From: Trichinella spiralis
Taxonomy: Eukaryota
Direction: 5' to 3'
DNA length: 64,000 nt
Assembly (NCBI RefSeq): GCF_000181795.1
Contig: NW_003526946.1
Location: 361,668 to 425,667 of the forward strand
The translations under genes were made by a program, and so were the position numbers. The stretch's first letter is position 1, and each line of letters begins with the position of its first letter. The notes below the pieces were generated by a model. That model made no database searches. It saw only the letters and a list, made by a program, of their open reading frames with translations, and was not told the origin of the DNA. This document shows, one piece after another, positions 55,401-64,000 of this stretch.

Positions 55401-58400
55401 TACAAAAACAGATACCACTGAATGCAGATGTAAAAACTTTTAGAAATCATGATATCACATTAATTTAAGTACATATCAATTTTAAATGTACAGTAATCAA
55501 AAAAGTAAGCATAAAATACAGTAAGCAACATATTCCACTTTGTTATTAACTAAAAAATAAGGCATTTGAAATAAAAAACGAAAATACAGTTTAAAACACA
55601 ATGATTTCATTAAAAATTGCAATAAAACAATATTTTAAATGAATATTTTTGTTTTGCTTTTACATTTCTTTATGAAGTTGATAAGCAAATACAGATAAAA
55701 CTGAGAAATGAAAAAATGCCGACCCCGTCAACGCTGCTTTGCTTAACCCTTTTTTTCAGGAAAGGACCAAGAGCGTTAAGCGGGGTATGCCTGTATTTTT
55801 AAAAGGTTGCTTAAGGTTAACTAATAAATTTGTAAAAAATGATTGAATGTGATTAAAAAATCAGGCTAAAGCAAATTCAAATAAGTAACATTTAAAAGCA
55901 TATTTAAATTTATGTCACTCATAAGAATATTAAAGATATTTGTATCTATCTTTTTATGAAATTCAATTTCGCTTTGTAATCTGATATCATGCTATTTCCT
56001 TTATTAGTAATTAAAGCAAACTTTCACTAATTGTTTAATTAAAACTAATTTTAAATTAAATCAAAACTTCAGTTCTTTAATTTTAAGCTAATTTAAATTT
56101 TTTGACTAAATAATTTTCTTAATTAGAGAATACGGAAAAAGTATTAACAGTTATCTTGAATTTTGAAAAGTAAATGAAGCTAGCTTATACTAATAGTTTC
56201 CTGAAAAACATAATTTCTTTAATTTTTTATAACAGAATAGCAATTGGCTCGAAGTTAAATTAACATCGGCAACGCAGACAGAGTGCAAGGAGTTTCAATT
56301 AGCTAGTAGAAGCGTTGTTAATTCAGTTAGCTGTTGTTATGTACTGCAGGTATGCTGTGCGTTGTATTGCACATTCTGAAAACGCGATATGCTTAATTCA
56401 TTTTATCTTGAGATGCATGTTGACCTAATTTGTGCCATAGATGTTATAAAAAGATCTTCTTCGACTTATTAACTTATCGATGCTGTAAAAGTTTACAAAG
56501 AACAGTATGAACATTTCAAAGCACGCTTCTAGGCAACAATGACATCATGTATAAGTCAGAATATTTAAAGCATTCTTTACAATTAATCAATTACATGAAA
56601 GTGATAAAATGTAATATAATCAAATTATAATAACTTTGATCAATGATGCTCTGAAAAACTTTAAAAAATATTTTCAAAACAACTAATATTTTACTAACAC
56701 GTATGGTTCAACAGTCCCGCAGTGCTATTTTTAAATAGCTGTTTGATTAAAGAGGATATATATTATAATAGGCGCAGGAACAGAAGAAGGCATCTAATTA
56801 TTGAATATTAACATAATCAAGAGAAAATCAGGTAAACACTGTGAATGAAATAGCAAACAAAGGATCAAAATTAAAGAGAGCATTTGTAAATATCACTCAA
56901 ACAAATGATGACTAATAAACATAATTTTGAGGCTACAAACGGCAAGTCTCTCTTAATATGCTCTTTGATGCATCAACGAACATTCCCCAAGCAGTAAAAG
57001 CTTGGTTGTGAAATAATTTGAAATAATGATGACTTTACTATTTAGCAAAAGGTAAAAAAACGTTAAAATATTTTATTGAACAGCTTTATGAAACGTAAAT
57101 GTTTTCATTAAATTGGAACTAGTCGTTGTTATAGTTAACCAAAAAATTTATGCTTAAAATTACATTTCCATTATTTTCACTTAGATTTCCTTTTTGTCAC
57201 ATTATAATATATCTTCGAGAATTTATCAGCATATAAATGAGCAGTCATCAAGCAAGAATGCTTTATAAATCAGATTCAGCACTTGAGAACATATCGTGAG
57301 GTTCTTTTCGACAGTGTCAAAGTTCATATTCATTATTATCATAATTTTTTTCTGGATTAGTTATGTTTATTATTAAATTTACAATTAAATTATTAGCAGA
57401 TCAATGAATAATGCAATATATCCGAAGAACATGGACAAAGCGTTTCAATTGTTATTTTAATATCTCAATGTGATTTGATAAATCTAGATCTGATTCAGAA
57501 TTTTCTAGAAAGCAGATGCATTATTACAAGAGCATTTAAAGCTATTTCTGGGTAATTATAAAAAAGAAAACAATTTTTATATCTTATTAAATGAAAATTT
57601 ACATATTGAAAAGGAGTACTGTAAAGAAATGAACCTGTGCCTCAGAGAAGTATGGGTTCTACTTCTGACCAGAAGATATCTCATTAAATTTGGAAACGCT
57701 TACGCTTGCAGCCTTTTGTACAAATGGAAGGAATGTAACAAAATGGCAGTAGTTGAAATAACACCAAATTAGCAGATGTATTATTGTGCAAGTGTGTGGG
57801 CATGATGATACTAGTTTCAGCTTAAATGCTGATCTCAGCTTTACCTGCAGCGCTTTTAATGGGTTTTTAATGAAGTTAGCTTCTCGGTACATATGACGCC
57901 TGTTGTCTTTCTCTATATAAGAAACGGACATACTGGAATTAAAAATTAAGTTAGTAATTATATAAAAATGAGTATTAACATGTTTCATAACGATACGACA
58001 TTCTAAAATGTTTCCATATTTAATTAGTTTTACCCTATCCAGCACTTATTCTATTTTGAAAAATCAATCTACTTATCACTTTACGCTTCACCTTTATGAG
58101 GAGGATAAATCATTCACTGTCACAGCACTGATGATTCATCAGATTCAAATCTGTTTATTATAGAATGAATGTTTCAAATAAACAATTCAACGCCATAAAA
58201 AGATTTAATTATGATATAAAGAATAATTAAATGAAATCAGTAACCACATTTTATAAATATTCTTCCAAAATAACAGTGAAAATATCAATAATAATTAACT
58301 CATGGCATAAAAAATATGCTGATGCAAATTTTCATTTTTAATTTATACTTTACAAATTTATGTGAACAATGAAACTATAGTCTAATATTTCAGCAGTTTT

Positions 58401-61400
58401 AGCAAGAAATGTAAGCTAAAATATTTCTGTTTCTGTTTTATCAGTGATTTTTTTATTTCTTACTTTTTTCTATTGAATATAAAAGTATGATAAAAACTTT
58501 TAAAATTTTAATGCCATTTTAAATAGCGGTGTATAATGCAGAACGATGAGTGATGATGTGCTTCACTACATGTTGTTTTTATGAATTGCAAGCATTATGC
58601 GCTAAATTATAAGTTTCTATTGGTCCAAAAATCAAAATGAAAAATTCTTAAATTTCACATTCATTTTACTTGTCATTTCATAGTTTTTTGTTTAATTTTT
58701 TTATTCAGAAATTTTTAAATTCATTTTTTTAATATTCAATAATAAGGTATGAAAAAAAATTTCAAGATTAACAAGTGATGATAACACTAACTAGAAAGAG
58801 AAAATTAAACTTCTCAAGGCAAAACATTTGCTTTAAAAAAAAGAAAAAAAATGCATCGATAGAGAAATTCATGTTAATAAATAAAAATAAATCTCATAGA
58901 TAAAAAAGCATTTTAAAATTTATTTTGAAATTAACAATTGGAATTCACTAGTGTAACCTTTAATTTTATTCATATTAAAAATTTATACTTAAAAATGAAA
59001 TGAAATTTTATTTTTAAAAGTTAAAAGAATACTTCTGGAATTATAATATTATGCTATAATTTCAAAATAATAAATTCTTTTTGAGACATTTTTGAATATA
59101 TGCAATGTTTTTATTTTTGCATTCAAAGATGCTATGTGTGTTATGTAATCTGAAAAGTAACAATCTCATATTTTCGATTAAAAAATTATGACAAATATAA
59201 ATTTAAATAAAGAATAAATAAAATAACTTACTAAATAATTTCACAATGCAATGTTGTGTTACGTTTTAACTCATCATATTATCAATAACAGAGAAAGAGA
59301 AAAGAAAAGAGATGGGGTGTTCAAAATAATTTTAAAAAAATCCGCTTGTCATTTTAACGAAAACCAACAAATAAGTTCTGGCAACACAAGATCTGAAGAA
59401 GTTTCAAAAGAAATAATTCGACAGATAAGTTTAACACAGTGACTGAAATAAAGTGAAATAGAATCATTTAAGCCAATAATATGGATCACCTGTTGATTAT
59501 CTGACGTTAGCTTTTAATAGTGAAAAATGGAAGAAGATGCAATTTAAAATTTCAATTAATTCATTCGTGCCTAAAGGCTTTCAGATCTTATTCGAGTTGA
59601 ACAAAATTGCTTAGAGAAGATTCGTTTGAAAAAGTAACGTTTCAGTCACTCTACCACTCTGAATATTGGTACTTTTCATTGAATTCAATGAAAGTGAAAG
59701 TGAAGCCATGGAAAACGCATGTGAGCTGGAAAGCAGAGAAGAAAAGAAGAATTTATATTCCAAAAAAGAAAATATAGATTTCTGAGAAAATTATTGTGAT
59801 TTTATTTTGACTTTATGCGATGTTATAGTTGATTATTTAATGAATAACATTAAAAAAGCATTGACTTTTATTAGAATACTGAATGGTGAAATAACTGTAA
59901 AATTAAAATCTTTAATGGTGTATGTGTATAATAATGTTCACCACATTAATATAATTTATTTTACAAAAAAGTATTTGCTGTATAAAACTTTAATTTATTC
60001 AGTAACTTTTATCTTGAATATTTTAATTCTTATTCTGATGCAATGCAGCGTTTATCTGAAATGAAAATTTTAGCATTAATATTTCACTTATGAAATCATT
60101 GCAGTTTAATTAAAATGGTAAAAATATATCAATTAAGAAATGGTAACTGCATGTGATGTAGTTTTGCAAAAACTTTATGCACCACATTTAAAATTTAATA
60201 AATGTCAGCTATCGTCATAAAAAAATTAAGCAACAATTATTATGTCGGTAGCAGTGAACATAATTTTGCTTTGATTTTTGATAAAACATAAATTTCATAT
60301 TTTACTTGCATAAAATGTTAAATTACAAATGCCTCGCTTTCTATTTCAAACAAGTTGCACTAAAAGTGAAGATTCACTGAACTTTATAATCATTTCTATT
60401 TCTTGATTTCATGTAAAATGAGATTTTTATATATTCTTACCTGATTATCATAAAAACAGACGTTTACTGTAAAAAAAAGTTTTTTCCTTACTAACTTCGA
60501 AGTGAAAAATTCCGTTAATATTTCTTGTTTTTAGAAAGTGCCATGTAACGCAGTTGAAATTCATCTTTGATTACAATTTTTTGCAAATTATTTGTAATTT
60601 CTACTGATGTGTTTCATTTCATTTGTAATCTTTAAATTCATACTTTCATTTCTTAAGCATTTTAGATGATAATTAATTTTTATTTAATAGAGTGTTCTTT
60701 TTATGAAATGTTTAAATTCTTTTTTTAATTTCACGTTTATTTAAATCATCAGCGTATATTTTCAGGGTATGATTCCTTGGAAATTTGAATGAATTTTAGG
60801 AAAAGTTTTCATTATGACCTCAGATTTGACCAAGTTTGTTTGCTGTTGTCGTTCAGAATAGCACAGTGAATGTCGGGGAAATTGCAGCTGATAAATATTG
60901 TTAAAAGAGGGGAAAGAAATGTTTCTTCACAATGAAATGCATGCATTTAAAATTATTAGCTACAGAAATGTTTTGATATTCTTAAAATTTTTACACACTT
61001 GTACATTTGAGAATGAAAAAAATTGCAATATTTTTGCGCATCAAATAACATTTATCGGTTTGCTGCTGAGATTTCTATTCAAACTTACAACTGTCAAATG
61101 AACGTGCTTTAGAAGGATGTTCATTGCGAAAGTTGTGAAGAAGAAAAGTTACATGAAAATGAAATGCCTCAGAATAAGATGCGAGCCGATAATGAATTAA
61201 TTGGAGAGTATTGGTATTGCTATTAATTATCAATATTGGACAGTTTTAATTGTATTCCAATAATTTAAATACGATAATTAAGTTGAAGAAAGCTGCAATA
61301 AATATTAAGTTTTTTGATAATTTTTGAAATAATTGTTAATTGTAAGGTAAGTTTAGTTTTCATTTGTAAATGCAGTTTGTTTCGGTGATTTCATTAATTG

Positions 61401-64000
61401 ATTTTTCACATTTGTTAGTCTATTTAAAGCATACATTTTATATTTTAAAAATTTATAAATATACATATACATATTCCATTTGGATACAAACTGGATGTTG
61501 CGCAATGTGAACGAAAATAACATGGCAAACAAACGCAAAGAATGAAAATTGAAATGAAGGATTGAATTAAATGTTTAAGTAATAAACACATAATTCAATG
61601 CGTTAAGCATTTAAGTGAAATTACAACACAACAAAATCAATTTATCAATTTTTTCTGTAATAATGACATTTTTCGTAATGTCTGAACCAAGATTTTACTC
61701 ATTCTATCAATTGTAATCTGGTATTTCCGGTAATCGGGCAGCAGTTTTCAAAATTTGCTACTTTTTATAAGCAAATATTAAACAGTTGTTTAATGTTCAG
61801 TTGATTAAATGACAGATATTAATTAGATTTGCGAAAATTGGGTTATTGCCATGCGTGTAACTAGGTATTAAAGGCATTGTGACAAGATGCTTTCTTGATC
61901 AGAACAGTTTTGATTAGAAGAAGAGAAATTGTCCTCTTTATTGAATATTACAACTAGTAAATACTGATTGCACAATACATACATATATTATATACATATG
62001 CATATGTATATCTCCACGTCTTTTCTTTTTCTTTAATTAAACATTTCCAATTTCATAATTTTCAACTTTCATATTCAACTGTAAGTCTTTTTCGTTTCTG
62101 CATTATGCTTTATTCTTTTAAAGTAAACCTAGTACTAAAATAACAAATTTTTATATTAATTATTGTAATAAAATAATAGCAAATCTCTAAATAAACTGAA
62201 TTTTTATTCTGAAATCTACACTTATAATATAGAAATGTTTTTTGCTAAATTTGCGTTGCACAAAATTATTGTATTATTTTAAACAATCCACTTTTCACAT
62301 AACAGTTTGATAATGTGATATAAATAATTTTTGAATACAATTTAATCAATCTAAATAATCCTACATTCTCAAAATTGCATTAAACTGATAACTGTAGATA
62401 ATTTATGAATAAGAAAAAGAGATTTTTTCATATCCAATTTTACATTATTGGTCATCAGTGCTTAAATTTGTTTTTTAATTTCAATAAATCTATTCAATTT
62501 CTTTAATGAATATCAATTTAACCATCAGAATAAATAATAATGGGAAAATGATCAAAATATATTTTTTAAAATTATAATCTTTGTTCGCATGAAGATATAT
62601 TTTGTTTCTTCAACATTTTTAGAAAATAGTTTTTGTGAAGTGTTATAAGCTTTCATCATAAACACATTCAAATTTGAATGAAATCAGTTTTAAGTTATTT
62701 TAAAACAGTATTAATTGTAAGATGAAAAATAATGTTGTCTTTATTCATGTTGAATATGATAATATTTATGTTTAAATTACTATTAGAATGTTTATTTTTT
62801 ATTGGCTAAATTAAAATTTTCTCAGTGAATTTCAAACTTTTGAGAAAATGAACAAATGAAAAATTTCATAAAGAAATTAAATTTTTCTCTAATTTATTTA
62901 TATTTATTGGTGTATTAAAATATTTAATGAAAATATGAAAAAATGAATCCGCCTTAAAATTTGAACAGTAATAAAGTTGATTTGTTTTCTTTTTAAAGTT
63001 AATTTGTTTATTTATTCTCAAACAGTTGTCAGTTATTGATGGTTTAGTTTAACTGAGTTGAAAGTGGAAAGTTACGGATAATTTTAATTTCTGCGACAAT
63101 AATAAGAAGCACGTGACGTTATATGCATATTGATGGCTAGTTTTTTGTTTACTGCAGCAACAGTAGAACCTGAGGAAAGAAGAAAGTGGCCTGTGCTTTT
63201 GAAGATTAACAAAATTATTCGATTTTTGAAACAATAAATAAATTTATTGTTTGTAAATAAAATGTGATGTTTTAAATAAAGTTTCATTGTGGTGTAGTTG
63301 TGAGATTATAAATAAAATTATGCTTTGAATTAAGCAATCTTTTATCACTGATTGGATTGATCTTTGACAAAATGAATTTCATAAAGATTTTTATAAATTT
63401 TATCGAAAATTTTATATTTTTGCTTTCAAACATGATGAAGAAGATTTAAACGGAAACAATTAGCACAAACTGATGTGATGCGAGCAACAATCTTTTCCCT
63501 CCACAAAGTAAATATTTCTGATTGACGAACTGCCATTTGTTAAGCTTATTGTTGCTTTGAAATTAAATTGTTGAAAAGCTGTTTTTTATTTTATTATAAT
63601 CAATATTTAGCATCATATTATTAAGTTTTGTATTTTTGAAAAAAAAATAAAACTGCAAATTATTTTAAAAGGTACTTGATTATCTTTTTCTTTCATTCGT
63701 TAATGAGTGAAAATAAATTTGAAATTACGATCCACAGTGAAAAACTGATGCTGTTTTGGACTGTTTGAAAATGAGCAGCAGGTTTGAAAATAAATATTAT
63801 TATTATTATCATAAATTTTAAAGTTGATTCAAGTGATGAAAATTTGAAACTGCTTTGTCGGCCTCGTATCAAATTTGATTGATTTGCAACAGAGCGATAG
63901 GGGAAATTATGCGTTGAATTTTCAAGTAGCTTTTCGTTTGCTTCGTATGATGGAAATTTATTTATTCACATCTATTAGCAATCTATCGATTATAATTAGC

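Noticed and set aside
55743..55820. TTAACCC...GGTTAA, resembling a tiny piggyBac footprint
   Set aside because: The inverted match is too short and plausible by chance.
57659..58045. 128-aa minus-strand ORF
   Set aside because: Non-ATG start, no motifs and no convincing splice context.
59674..59693. 20-bp palindrome TTTCATTGAATTCAATGAAA
   Set aside because: AT-rich, isolated and too short for a miRNA precursor.

Overview
This is AT-rich eukaryotic DNA with short GT-AG introns. It is very probably a clade I nematode such as Trichinella; that is an inference from a secreted DNase II paralog lacking its catalytic histidines, a DUF1647 gene and BEL/Pao elements. I can support 12 protein-coding genes: a CUB/C-type-lectin receptor, a SIX4/5 homeobox gene, a small multi-TM protein, an orphan, a truncated clathrin-heavy-chain paralog, TTC28, a DNase II-like gene, an EED/ESC-like WD40 gene, a REEP/Yop1-like gene, DUF1647, a CYP1-like P450 and CtBP. 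Transposon relics include a deleted BEL/Pao LTR element with a solo LTR nested at its LTR/PBS junction, two more probable solo LTRs, a pogo/Tigger-like MITE, a hAT (Buster-type) deletion derivative and a piggyBac fragment. The last ~11.5 kb has no credible gene. The most notable feature is an 11-exon, ~534-aa 'mini-clathrin' with only the terminal domain, linker and start of the ankle. It needs two GC-AG introns and has a probable solo LTR ~80 bp upstream. Several other genes also look to have lost their functional core: EED-like (methyl-lysine cage), TTC28 (CHAT core) and DNase II (catalytic histidines). All gene models and alignments were made by eye against remembered reference sequences, so they need computational confirmation.
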